Below are positions 40,840-50,521 of a stretch of 61,346 nucleotides of DNA, one piece after another. The notes beneath the pieces are model-generated. The model saw nothing but the letters and a program-made list of their open reading frames with translations, was not told where the DNA came from and made no database searches. Each line of letters opens with the position of its first letter. Position 1 is the stretch's first letter. This stretch comes from Sulfurimonas sp. (lineage in GTDB: Bacteria > Campylobacterota > Campylobacteria > Campylobacterales > Sulfurimonadaceae). The translations under genes were made by a program, and so were the position numbers. Location: the NCBI GenBank assembly GCA_027071805.1, contig JALSYX010000038.1, positions 1-61,346 on the forward strand, in the 5' to 3' direction.

Positions 40840-42382
40840 TACTTTTATACACAGACATTTTATGTACTCTGTAAATTTTTTACTTTTAGGCATTTTCTTT
40901 GGGTTTATCTACTCCATTAATCTTTTAGGTTATTTTATAGATGCCCCTACTTTAAACCCCTACAACATGCGAGCCCTGCATATCTCGCTTATGCTCTATG
41001 GGTTTATTACACTCATGCTCTCCATGTTACCTTTTTTACTCATCAACAAAGAGGTAGGCAGCTCAAAAGAGGGTTTGCATTTTCTCAATCTCTTTTTTAT
41101 ATTTTGGTATATATTTTTAGTTTTTATGGTGGTTTCACTCCTTTTTGGCAATCATCGAGGCCTCGCATTTTATGATTTTAATTATATTCTTAACTTTATT
41201 CTTGCGTTTGCAGGACTCTTTTATGCCATTGCTCTGTATAAATTTATCCGCCTCTACAAAAGCATTCCTTTGTGGGTCAAAGTCTCTTTTCGTATTGTAC
41301 TCATCTCGCCGATTGCTTTGCTTATTCTCATGAATCCTATCATTGGTCAAGTGGAGCGAACTGTCACAGGTCCTCATGGAGACAACACTTTAGGCATGAG
41401 TTTTGCCCTCATTCCACTCTACTACCTCATTATTAAACTACTCAATACAAAAGAGTTTACTCCAAGATGGAACATCCTCTGGATTATCCCTCTTATTTAC
41501 TATATTGGGACTGTTTTGTACCGTACTTTCATAGCTGATCTCACCTATAATGAAGAGTGGGTCGCACAGTACATGACACTTTTATATATTCCTATTCTCT
41601 ACCGTTGGTACAAAGATTCCGATAGCACGGGTTTTGCAAGAAAAGCCCTGCTGACTTCCATTCTTGGATTTTTATTTGTTGATATAGAGGGCAATATTCT
41701 TTTTATTCCCTCTATCCGTTGGGTTTTTCACAGAAATGATTTGGTTGTTGCCCATTCACACATTGCCCTTGGAATTGGGGTCTTTTTTATGGTGATTGCT
41801 ATGTTTTCTCAACACATACAAAGCCTGCATAAAAAATCTTTTTTTAATCTTTTTGTGGGTGGACTTGTTGGTATTTTCTTTGTTTTAACCCTCAGTGGTT
41901 TTGTGCAAACAGATATGCTGCATTTTACAACTACACAAACAATGTGGCACTGGAGAACTTTTTTTGGCATTTTTGTCTTAGCCAGTATTTTTCCACTTAT
42001 ACAGTGGAAAAAACACTATACAAAACAAGAACTTTATAATCTTTTTGGATTTTTCAATGATGGAGTGGGTGGCATTATTTTACTCCTCCTCGGTTCTTTT
42101 CTCTATAAAAAACTTGGATTTCATTTCGATAGTAGCTACAGTTATGTTGTTTTTGCATTTGTAAGTATGACCGGGATGATTCATTTTCTTGCCCTTTACT
42201 ATAAAGACCATAGTGCTATTTTAACTTTCGTCACAGCAGTGATTCGCATGAGTATCAGCAGTATCTTTTTTGCACTTTATGTGACACACTCGCTTGGTAT
42301 TGAAGCAGCTTTGATTGCCCTTTTTGATTTTACTTATGCAAGTATCTATTTTATCTTTTTTCATAAGGAGGAAATATTATGA
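40826..42382 (+). CDS. Divergent heme-copper oxidase subunit I-like (CcoN/NorB-related) membrane protein with extra C-terminal TMs
   Basis: RALH (H52), G-LAFYDF loop, H184...YY, EG..FHRNDLVVAHSH (H310/H312) align by eye to CcoN; no HH motif. Confidence 0.75.
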   Translation: MDNFNTFIHRHFMYSVNFLLLGIFFGFIYSINLLGYFIDAPTLNPYNMRALHISLMLYGFITLMLSMLPFLLINKEVGSSKEGLHFLNLFFIFWYIFLVFMVVSLLFGNHRGLAFYDFNYILNFILAFAGLFYAIALYKFIRLYKSIPLWVKVSFRIVLISPIALLILMNPIIGQVERTVTGPHGDNTLGMSFALIPLYYLIIKLLNTKEFTPRWNILWIIPLIYYIGTVLYRTFIADLTYNEEWVAQYMTLLYIPILYRWYKDSDSTGFARKALLTSILGFLFVDIEGNILFIPSIRWVFHRNDLVVAHSHIALGIGVFFMVIAMFSQHIQSLHKKSFFNLFVGGLVGIFFVLTLSGFVQTDMLHFTTTQTMWHWRTFFGIFVLASIFPLIQWKKHYTKQELYNLFGFFNDGVGGIILLLLGSFLYKKLGFHFDSSYSYVVFAFVSMTGMIHFLALYYKDHSAILTFVTAVIRMSISSIFFALYVTHSLGIEAALIALFDFTYASIYFIFFHKEEIL

Positions 42383-43350
42383 GACAGATGGCACTGATCC
42401 TTTTTGTAGGATTTGAACTCTCTTACTATTTACTAATTATTCAAACAGGAGTTACGGAGTACTTACACTCTGACTTAATCCGTATTGCTCCTCTTGCGTT
42501 TGGTGGTATTTTGGGTTCTTTTTTTATCTCTTTTTTAAAAAATCAGACAAAAAACACAATCACCCTCATACTTCTTATACAGTTGCTTATCAGTTACTTT
42601 TACCCAAACCTCTCTGGGCTCATGCTTTTTATACTTGGGCTAAGTGCAGGAGCCATTGCTCCTTTAATGCTTCAAATGCTTAAAAGAGCTTCACTTGTTG
42701 GACTGGGTGCAAGTCTTGGACTCTCTTACAGTCTCTCTACTGCACTTTTTAATTTTGATGTCAGTGCAAGAGGCACCCTTGCCCTTGCTCTTACTGCACT
42801 GGTCTTACTCACTTCTCGATTTTTACCAAAAGAAGCAAAGAAAAGTGCATTCCAAGGCGAGCACTCTTTGCTTGTGATGTCTTTATGGATATTTTTAGAC
42901 TCTGCACTTTTTGAAACACTCTCACGAGATACCTTTATCCCCATTTGGCGTTTAGATATGAGTGCCGAGATTATTTTCTTTCATCTTTTAGGCATTGTTT
43001 TAGCCCTTACACTCAAAGTCTCTCAAAGAAACAGAGAAATAGTGACATTTTCGCTCTTTGCTTTGAGTTATTTTCTCTATTTTACCAAAGAGGCACTGCT
43101 TTTAGCAGCTATTTACCCTCTTGTAATTTCATATTACAATGTGCTTATTTTACAAACATTACGACAAAAGGAGTTCAAAACCATTAGTATTTCTATGATT
43201 TTTATCGCTTGGATCGCTTCAGGTGCAGGATTGTTTGTTGCACTACAAAACGCAACATTTATCATGCCAATTTTTATTATCTTCATGCTTGCAAGATATA
43301 TTTACACAACATTTTTAAAGGATTACCAATGTTTAAATTATTCATCATAG
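42379..43350 (+). CDS. Polytopic membrane protein, MFS-like
   Basis: ~11-12 hydrophobic segments in two similar halves; ATGA coupling to the upstream gene. Confidence 0.65.
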   Translation: MRQMALILFVGFELSYYLLIIQTGVTEYLHSDLIRIAPLAFGGILGSFFISFLKNQTKNTITLILLIQLLISYFYPNLSGLMLFILGLSAGAIAPLMLQMLKRASLVGLGASLGLSYSLSTALFNFDVSARGTLALALTALVLLTSRFLPKEAKKSAFQGEHSLLVMSLWIFLDSALFETLSRDTFIPIWRLDMSAEIIFFHLLGIVLALTLKVSQRNREIVTFSLFALSYFLYFTKEALLLAAIYPLVISYYNVLILQTLRQKEFKTISISMIFIAWIASGAGLFVALQNATFIMPIFIIFMLARYIYTTFLKDYQCLNYSS

Positions 43351-43850
43351 CCCTCACATCAACACTCTTAAGTGCAGGGGCACTCACATTTACCCAGGGA
43401 ACTATCAAAGCACATACAGAAGTTTTTGGTGATAGCGGTATCGACCCATTTACCACACAAATCACCTCTGATTTAACACTTGGCACAGACCCGACACAGC
43501 TGCGTGGAACCATCAGTGTACCAAGTATAAGTTTAAAAAGTGAAAATGAGGGACGAGATGAACACATGCACGAAGCAATGCATTGTGATACACAAAAACA
43601 GATTACAGTGCACATCAATAGTGTTAAAAAACTCCAAAACAACTACCAAATCGCTGCCGATTTAACACTCAATGGAGTAAACAAAAAAATTGTCTCTCTT
43701 GCAAATATCAAAGAAGATGCTGGCTCACTTGTACTCGATGGAAACTTCACTATCAAGATGACTGATTACAACATAGAACAACCCTCTATGCTCTTTTTTA
43801 CAGTTCGTGATGCAGTAGATGTACATTATAACTTAGAATATAAAAAATAA
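43329..43850 (+). CDS. YceI family periplasmic lipid/quinone-binding protein
   Basis: Signal peptide, RDEHM, LTLNGV, TDYNIEQP, VRD motifs. Confidence 0.9.
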   Translation: MFKLFIIALTSTLLSAGALTFTQGTIKAHTEVFGDSGIDPFTTQITSDLTLGTDPTQLRGTISVPSISLKSENEGRDEHMHEAMHCDTQKQITVHINSVKKLQNNYQIAADLTLNGVNKKIVSLANIKEDAGSLVLDGNFTIKMTDYNIEQPSMLFFTVRDAVDVHYNLEYKK

Positions 43851-43851
43851 T

Positions 43852-44301
43852 ATGCATTATATATTTTTAATCTTACTCTTGTTAGGTTCATTAGATGCAA
43901 ATGATTTTGCAAAAAATGAGCCAATACAAGCATTTACTCTTCTTGATCAGTTTGAAAAACCACATACTGTAGATAGTCATATAAAAACCATTATTATAAG
44001 TTTTGAAAAATCAACAGGGGCAGATATGAATGCATTTTTAAATGCACATCAGCCAGACTATTTACAAAAACATCGAGCTGTTTTTATTGCCAATATTTCA
44101 GAAATGCCCTCTTTGATTACAAAACTTTTTGCTATGCCAAAAATGAGAAAATATAAACATACCATTTTGATTATCAATGATGAAGAGAACCATCAATTTG
44201 CATATCAAGAAGATAAAATCACAATTTATAAAATTGAGGATGGTAAGGTAAAGTCCATTCATTTTGTCAATACTTCAAAAGAAGTAGAAAAACAATTATA
44301 A
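43852..44301 (+). CDS. Secreted thioredoxin/AhpC-like fold protein without cysteines
   Basis: Signal peptide, FTLLDQFEK N-terminal redoxin-like motif, zero Cys. Confidence 0.6.
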   Translation: MHYIFLILLLLGSLDANDFAKNEPIQAFTLLDQFEKPHTVDSHIKTIIISFEKSTGADMNAFLNAHQPDYLQKHRAVFIANISEMPSLITKLFAMPKMRKYKHTILIINDEENHQFAYQEDKITIYKIEDGKVKSIHFVNTSKEVEKQL

Positions 44302-44302
44302 T

Positions 44303-45019
44303 ATGGAAATCCCTCCAATTACAACTCTCAATGTGCCTATAAACCATCCTTCTTTGGATGGTTTTTCTCTTTTACACTTAAGTGATTTGCATATCAACAA
44401 AAAGACAAGTTTCGAGTATATGCAAGCACTTGTAAACAAATGCAAAGAGGTTGATTGTGAATGTATTATCATCACTGGCGATATTATTGACACACAAGTA
44501 AAGTTTATTACTCCACAACTCCACATTCTCAATCAACTTTCAAATGTTTACTATATCAGTGGCAATCATGACATTTTTTATGGTTTACATGCACTCAAAA
44601 AAGTCTTAGATAATTTTACTTTTTTAGATAATGCTTTAGCAAAAATTCGCTTTAAAAATAGAGATATTTATATGGTAGGTTTAGCAGATAGATTCTCAAA
44701 ATTTTTTCATGTCAAAAGAGATGTTGAAAAAGTACTCCAACTTGCAAAAAACAAAGAGCCACTTCTATTTTTAGCCCATCAACCCAAAGATTATAAAATT
44801 GCCTTACAAACAAAAGCTTCACTTCTTTTATGCGGTCACACCCATGGCGGACAAATTTGGCCTTTTCACTACCTCGTACGACTTGTGCAACCCTACCTCA
44901 GTGGTTTACACTACAAAAACAAGATGGCAATCTATGTCAATTCAGGCTTAGGAACATGGGGCATAGACTATAGATACAAAGCCCAAAGTGAAATAACTCT
45001 TTTGCAGTTTAAGACTTAA
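44303..45019 (+). CDS. Calcineurin-like metallophosphoesterase (YkuE-like)
   Basis: SDLH, TGD, GNHD, AHQP, GHTHGGQ, VNSGLG. Confidence 0.92.
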   Translation: MEIPPITTLNVPINHPSLDGFSLLHLSDLHINKKTSFEYMQALVNKCKEVDCECIIITGDIIDTQVKFITPQLHILNQLSNVYYISGNHDIFYGLHALKKVLDNFTFLDNALAKIRFKNRDIYMVGLADRFSKFFHVKRDVEKVLQLAKNKEPLLFLAHQPKDYKIALQTKASLLLCGHTHGGQIWPFHYLVRLVQPYLSGLHYKNKMAIYVNSGLGTWGIDYRYKAQSEITLLQFKT

Positions 45020-47033
45020 AACCTTTCAGCTTTTTCACAAAAGAATGATTTAAAATCTTTTCATGGTATTTTTTTTCTTTCTCTTGTACTTGTATATCTT
45101 TTTCTTTATGTAAAACACACTGTGTAAGTTCATCTAGTTTTGCTTTTCTGTGTGTTAAATTTTTATACTTTTGTAGAATTTTTTTCACATTTTGTATATC
45201 ATTATTGATACAAAAAATTTCCGTTTTCATAATGAGTTTTTTCCAATATGCTTCAAGTAATAGAGTAATTTTTGCATTTTGCACACTCTCATGTGTGTCA
45301 ATGAAGTTAAAACACTCTGCAAACTCTTTTTTTTCATATAACACATACAATTTTTTTGCATCTTCTAATCGTCTGCTTAAGTGCTCTACTATCTTTTCAG
45401 AGAGATACTCTTGCATCTCTTCAACGGCTTCTTGTGCTGCATCAAAATCTTCATTGTCTATCAAGTTTTCAATAAAGACGCGTTTTTCCGCTCGAATATC
45501 TCGTACATTTAAGTCTATTCCAAGTGAATTAACATATTTTGCAAAGTGTTTATCTTGGCGGATAGCTTCTTGCAAACCCTCTACATCTTTTTTCTTGAGT
45601 AAATCAAGGTAGGGTAAAAAACTCTCTCCATGATTTAAAAAAAGTTTCACAATGCTATTTTTTGATTTTACTCGTATATAGGTACTCAGTTGTACATAAG
45701 CACCCTCTTTATTGCCATGAATAAGTAGCTCTTGTGCCTGTGCCATCTGCTCTTTAAACTTTGCTTCCATCACCCGAAACTCTTTTGTCTTTTTCAAAAT
45801 AGGGTAACGCTCTACCAAACTATAAGCAGGAATATAATCTCTTTGTATCACTAAACCTTGAAACTGTTCATACCTGTCAAAGGCTTCCAAAACTAGCTGT
45901 ATCTCTTTTTTCTTTACATGAATATCTTTAAAAAAATCCACTGTTTGTAAGGCAAATTCTTTATTGCCTGAGGGTATCTCTTCGGCTACCCGATTTAAAA
46001 TATTTTCGTAAGTCGCTTCTAGTTTTCTATAGGCAGCGGAGTGTAAAAGTTGTGGCTCTTTGCGCACAAGTTCATATGCCTGATCAAAAGCTCCGTGTAA
46101 AATAAGTGATTCAAGCTGTTGGGGTGTTGCCAAGTTCACTCGTACTATGCTGTTATCAACCAAAACAACTACTAACACAAAGGAAGAGACAAGTACCATA
46201 GACTGCACTTCATATTCAAAAGAGAGATAATTTGTACGGATATTTTTCTGCGTTTTGACATTGACAAGACTTATATACTCTTCATTACCGCAAACGAGCA
46301 TATATTCCCTATTGTCCAAAAAAAGCATTTGTTTTATTTTTGTTAAAGGAATATCAAACTTTTTATAGTCATTTAAAGCATTTATATTCACAATTCTGCT
46401 ATCGCCATTTTCATGGGCTGTGAGGACATATGTATCATCTATAAATTGAATATCATTAATGGTCGTGCTTGCATTTACAAATATTTTCTGTGTGATTTTT
46501 GTATAAATATTGACTTGTGAGAGATCCCCTCTATTTCCTGAAACTATCATTGTGGCATCTCTAAAGGCTATTGCGGTTATCCCTTTTGTTCTTTTTTTAA
46601 AAGTCTCAAAAAGTGTATATGTTGCCAGTAAAAAATTGCTATTGTAGGTGTATTGTAAAACAGTATTATCCAGCATGCCTACAAAAACATAGCGTCCACT
46701 TGCATCAAAAGAGAGGAGTGTCGCTTCTGATGGTAAACGGACACGATTAAAGACTTTAGCAACAACTTGACGACTTCTGTTTTGTAACAAGGTGTCAACA
46801 ACCACTAAAGTATCATGATCAATATAAGCAAGTTTTCTTTTGTCTTGAGAAAATGCGAAAATAATGCTTTTTTCTTTTTTTGCTGTACGAATAACAGTGC
46901 TTGTTTTTAAGGTCTCAATATTAAGAAGTTTTAATTCATTGCTTAATGTCGTGTAAGCAATAGTATCTTCACTGACAGCTTCAACACGAGTAACACCCTC
47001 TTGAGTACTTCTTATTATTGTTTTTTCAAACAT
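45009..47033 (-). CDS. WD40-like beta-propeller plus helical-repeat protein
   Basis: N-terminal ~300 aa of blade-like repeats (FAFSQDKRKLAY, LSFDASGRYVFVG), C-terminal all-helical repeats; no signal peptide. Confidence 0.7.
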   Translation of the reverse strand: MFEKTIIRSTQEGVTRVEAVSEDTIAYTTLSNELKLLNIETLKTSTVIRTAKKEKSIIFAFSQDKRKLAYIDHDTLVVVDTLLQNRSRQVVAKVFNRVRLPSEATLLSFDASGRYVFVGMLDNTVLQYTYNSNFLLATYTLFETFKKRTKGITAIAFRDATMIVSGNRGDLSQVNIYTKITQKIFVNASTTINDIQFIDDTYVLTAHENGDSRIVNINALNDYKKFDIPLTKIKQMLFLDNREYMLVCGNEEYISLVNVKTQKNIRTNYLSFEYEVQSMVLVSSFVLVVVLVDNSIVRVNLATPQQLESLILHGAFDQAYELVRKEPQLLHSAAYRKLEATYENILNRVAEEIPSGNKEFALQTVDFFKDIHVKKKEIQLVLEAFDRYEQFQGLVIQRDYIPAYSLVERYPILKKTKEFRVMEAKFKEQMAQAQELLIHGNKEGAYVQLSTYIRVKSKNSIVKLFLNHGESFLPYLDLLKKKDVEGLQEAIRQDKHFAKYVNSLGIDLNVRDIRAEKRVFIENLIDNEDFDAAQEAVEEMQEYLSEKIVEHLSRRLEDAKKLYVLYEKKEFAECFNFIDTHESVQNAKITLLLEAYWKKLIMKTEIFCINNDIQNVKKILQKYKNLTHRKAKLDELTQCVLHKEKDIQVQEKEKKYHEKILNHSFVKKLKGFKS

Positions 47034-47054
47034 TACCTGCTCACTTTCACTTCA

Positions 47055-49082
47055 CTACAATAGTAGTCTAAACAACACCAAACTTGCTCGTGTTCCCGAA
47101 CCTAAACCCTCACTCTCTAAAATAACATCAGCATCAAGCAACTGTGCCAATTTTTTACTCAAAGAGAGTCCTAAACCACTGCCCTTATATCTGTTTTCAT
47201 TCTCTGTATTTACCTGTGTAAAATCATCAAACAAAGCGGATAAGTCTTCTTGTTTTATTCCTATACCACTATCTATAATTTCAAGAGCTATTGTATCATT
47301 TTTTACACCAAGTTCTATGCGAACAAACCCTTTTTCTGTAAATTTTATCGCATTGGAGAGTAAATTAATCACAATTTGCTGCACAATTTTCGCATCTGTA
47401 TACAGATGAAAATCCTGTTCTTTTTGTATACTTATTTCAAAGGCTAAGTTTTTATCTTCAGCAAGTGGCTGGAGCATACTATAACTGTTATGTACTACCT
47501 CTTGAAGGTCTGTTTGCTCACAATGCACTTGCATCTTCCCTGATTCTATTTTTGCAATGTCTAAAATCTCATTAATCATATTGAGTAAATAATGTGCAGA
47601 AGATTCAATATTGGCGATAGTATCTTGCTGTGCTTCACTCATATTTTCATAAGTTATCAAAAATTGACTCGAACCAATGATAGAGTGTAAGGGTGTACGC
47701 AACTCATGCGACATATGGGAAATAAAAGCAGACTTTGCATTTGAGACTGCTGTAGTTCTTTGAATCAAGGCTATTTTTTCAAGTTGCAGCATAATCATAT
47801 TTGCAATAGAGTGATAAAATTTTTCTTCATTCGTATCATCAAAATTCTCTAAAGCAAGCATAAGTGTTCCAAAATAATCTTTTTTATTGGCTTCATAATC
47901 TTTAACATACAAATCAATCCCATTGGATACCTTTGTTGTGACAAATGCCAAATCATGCCCTAAGTTCATTTTCCTAATCTCCTGCATCGCCACATCAATA
48001 CACTCTTTGGCATCCTGCGTTTGTATAATGCTGTTAAAAACTTCTATGAGTTGTATAAAACGCTCTAAACGCACCCTGTTTTCTCGTTCCAAAGCTTCTA
48101 AAGCCTCAGATGTCACAAAGAGCATATCATTAAAAGAGTCTGTAAGTGTCCCTATTTCATCGCTTGATTCTACAGCTAGAGTATGCGAGTAGTCTTGCGT
48201 TTGCTCTATATGCTGGAGTGCCTTTGTGAGTTTTTCTATAGGATGCACAATACTTTTTGAGTATCTTAATGCCAAAAAAATGATAACAACAATACCAAAA
48301 AGTGCCACATAAAGCATAAAAGAGATGAAATCATACATAAACTTCAAAGCCAAACTCTTATCAACACCATAGACAAGATAGTAATGTTCAAGCATGCCAC
48401 TGAGTTGCTCATAGACAATCACATGCTCTTTTGTAATCACATCTGCACTCTCTTTTTCTAAATGTACCTGTAATTTTGTTGTATCACCCAGGTAAAAATC
48501 TGACTTGTTTGTAATATAAGAGTGCATATATGCTTCATGTGCGAGATATCTATCTAACTGTGTTAAATCATAGCGAAGGAGCAAATAGCCTACAATTTTT
48601 TTTGGATTAAAGGAGGCATGTATTTGTGTATAAAGAAAGAGTTTCCCCTTTTCAATGGTAAAATTCTTTGCTTTATCAAAAGAAAACATAAACTGTGTGT
48701 TGCGTAAAGTATCTTTACTTGCAGCCACAATCTCACCAGAGGGGCTCACCGCCATCAAGCTTACACCTGCTCCTAAATCACTCGCTTTTTTTGCGAGTAA
48801 AATAGAGACACGTTTATCAATATCTTCTGCTAAGATATCATCCATCAAATCTAAAGATGCCAAAAAATGCAACTCTTTTTGTAAAGATTGTAGATGCCCA
48901 TCCATCAAACCTGCAATGGTTTGCACCCTTTTATACTGTTGCGTAATGGATTGCTGGACAATCTTACTTTGCATAGAAACAACCGTGTACGTAAACAGCA
49001 GTGCAAAAGGGAAAAGACTCACAAACAAAAGATTAAAAAGGAGTTGTAAACGCAGTGATTTTTTGATTTTAGCAAAAAACAT
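47055..49082 (-). CDS. Sensor histidine kinase (periplasmic sensor, HAMP, HisKA, HATPase)
   Basis: Two TM, DEIGTL HAMP, SHELRTPL, NLLSNAIKFT, DSGIGI, GSGLGL. Confidence 0.95.
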   Translation of the reverse strand: MFFAKIKKSLRLQLLFNLLFVSLFPFALLFTYTVVSMQSKIVQQSITQQYKRVQTIAGLMDGHLQSLQKELHFLASLDLMDDILAEDIDKRVSILLAKKASDLGAGVSLMAVSPSGEIVAASKDTLRNTQFMFSFDKAKNFTIEKGKLFLYTQIHASFNPKKIVGYLLLRYDLTQLDRYLAHEAYMHSYITNKSDFYLGDTTKLQVHLEKESADVITKEHVIVYEQLSGMLEHYYLVYGVDKSLALKFMYDFISFMLYVALFGIVVIIFLALRYSKSIVHPIEKLTKALQHIEQTQDYSHTLAVESSDEIGTLTDSFNDMLFVTSEALEALERENRVRLERFIQLIEVFNSIIQTQDAKECIDVAMQEIRKMNLGHDLAFVTTKVSNGIDLYVKDYEANKKDYFGTLMLALENFDDTNEEKFYHSIANMIMLQLEKIALIQRTTAVSNAKSAFISHMSHELRTPLHSIIGSSQFLITYENMSEAQQDTIANIESSAHYLLNMINEILDIAKIESGKMQVHCEQTDLQEVVHNSYSMLQPLAEDKNLAFEISIQKEQDFHLYTDAKIVQQIVINLLSNAIKFTEKGFVRIELGVKNDTIALEIIDSGIGIKQEDLSALFDDFTQVNTENENRYKGSGLGLSLSKKLAQLLDADVILESEGLGSGTRASLVLFRLLL

Positions 49083-49495
49083 TACTCATCACTCCATCTA
49101 TATAAAATATGCAAACCCTTTACTATGTTCTCAAACGAAACATAGCCTATGGCTCCATGCACATTTTTTATAAAAACCTGCATACTCTTTTGCGATTTCA
49201 TACTAATGGGCGGTCTATGCCCAAGGTAGTGTTGGCGTGTCCAGTAGCTTTTGAGATGCGAACGGTTCATATGCAACACTTTTTTCTCAAAACTACTACG
49301 AATAGGATTTCCTAAGGCAAGATTGAGTGGAACAATTTTTGTATCCCCAAGATACTCACTCTTTTTCAAAAAAAGTGCCCGTACTTGATTTTGTGTCAAA
49401 GGTGGTGTTGTAAAAGAAGCCACAACCGCATACTCTTTGGCACTCAAGTCTGTAACAAGCAAAAGAAAAAGGCAGTACTTGAGAAAACGCAGCAT
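49082..49495 (-). CDS. Small periplasmic binding-protein-like (half PstS-type) protein
   Basis: Signal peptide, LTQNQVRALFL, YW...G.RPP, GAIGYV. Confidence 0.75.
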   Translation of the reverse strand: MLRFLKYCLFLLLVTDLSAKEYAVVASFTTPPLTQNQVRALFLKKSEYLGDTKIVPLNLALGNPIRSSFEKKVLHMNRSHLKSYWTRQHYLGHRPPISMKSQKSMQVFIKNVHGAIGYVSFENIVKGLHILYRWSDE

Positions 49496-50496
49496 TAGAA
49501 GAGTACCGATATAGAGCATTGCACTTGATTATTTTGATGCAAGGAGTGCAACTGATACTCCACCTTAAAAGATACTGGATATAAAGGTCGATAGGAGTAA
49601 CCCAAAATCCCAATCTCCTCTTTGATGCCATGTACACTATCATCGTATGATTCCAAACGTAAAACAGCTGCATGCTTTTGGGTGAGTTTATAGACACCTT
49701 GCAAATAGCCTGCATATTTTGTAGTATACACATGGGTTGATTTTTGCGAACCAAGTTCTGCTAAAATTTCCACACTATTTGTCGCATACTTCAGCGATGC
49801 CATATAGTAGTACAGTGATTTTGAAACATTATTAGCAGGGCGACCATCAAAAAAACCAAAATTTACTTTCAGTGCCAAATCATTTTTCTCATAACTCAGC
49901 CCCAATGCATAATGTTCATCAAGTTTATAATTATTGTATGTCGGGTCTAAATCGGCATTATTTTGTGCGATAACATCCACTTTGAAGGTAGCATTGCCAT
50001 AATTTTTATAACTCCATAACAGACCTGTCGTAAATTTTGGAAACAGAAGATTTGTACTTTGTGGTATAGATGTCGTTTCGCGTAAAACATTTATGGGCAA
50101 CAAGTTCCAAAAACCTGCGGGAGTGCTGTATTTTCCTAAAGTAACAGCACTGTTTTCATTAAAATCATAATGCATATAAAGTCGCTCTGTATGCAATGTC
50201 CTATCTTGTGAGCTTGTATGTTTACCTGCGTTTTCATTGTAAAGATAAAAGTTTTTATACTCTATCTCTGCAAGATAAGAAAATTTACTATAAGCTCCAT
50301 AAGAGAGCAGTGCCAAATCATTCAAACGGTATGTGTTGTTCCCATCTATTCCCCGATAATCTGCTGAAAAATAACCCCCAACATAGAGTGGTAACTGAGC
50401 AACCTGCACTCCTTCTCCAAGTATGTATTTTGAGGAAGATGTCTCTGCAAACAGGCTTGAGAGAAGCGAAAAGAGAAGAAGTAGTTTCACAAACAT
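49495..50496 (-). CDS. Outer-membrane beta-barrel (porin-like)
   Basis: Signal peptide, amphipathic beta strands, ERLY..Y, LGKY.TP.G.WN, C-terminal Phe. Confidence 0.8.
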   Translation of the reverse strand: MFVKLLLLFSLLSSLFAETSSSKYILGEGVQVAQLPLYVGGYFSADYRGIDGNNTYRLNDLALLSYGAYSKFSYLAEIEYKNFYLYNENAGKHTSSQDRTLHTERLYMHYDFNENSAVTLGKYSTPAGFWNLLPINVLRETTSIPQSTNLLFPKFTTGLLWSYKNYGNATFKVDVIAQNNADLDPTYNNYKLDEHYALGLSYEKNDLALKVNFGFFDGRPANNVSKSLYYYMASLKYATNSVEILAELGSQKSTHVYTTKYAGYLQGVYKLTQKHAAVLRLESYDDSVHGIKEEIGILGYSYRPLYPVSFKVEYQLHSLHQNNQVQCSISVLF

Positions 50497-50521
50497 ATGG
50501 CAATTCCTTACTATTTTGACT

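Noticed and set aside
40826-42382. Calling this gene ccoN or norB
   Set aside because: HH metal ligands are absent and no partner subunits or assembly genes (ccoOQP, norCQD) are adjacent
47040-47056. TCACT/TTCAC mini-repeats upstream of the propeller gene as a third regulator box
   Set aside because: Period is 5-6 bp rather than 11, orientation is opposite to the gene, and no correctly spaced -10 was seen
49082-49495. PstS phosphate transport system
   Set aside because: The protein is under half PstS length and there is no pstCAB or phoU nearby
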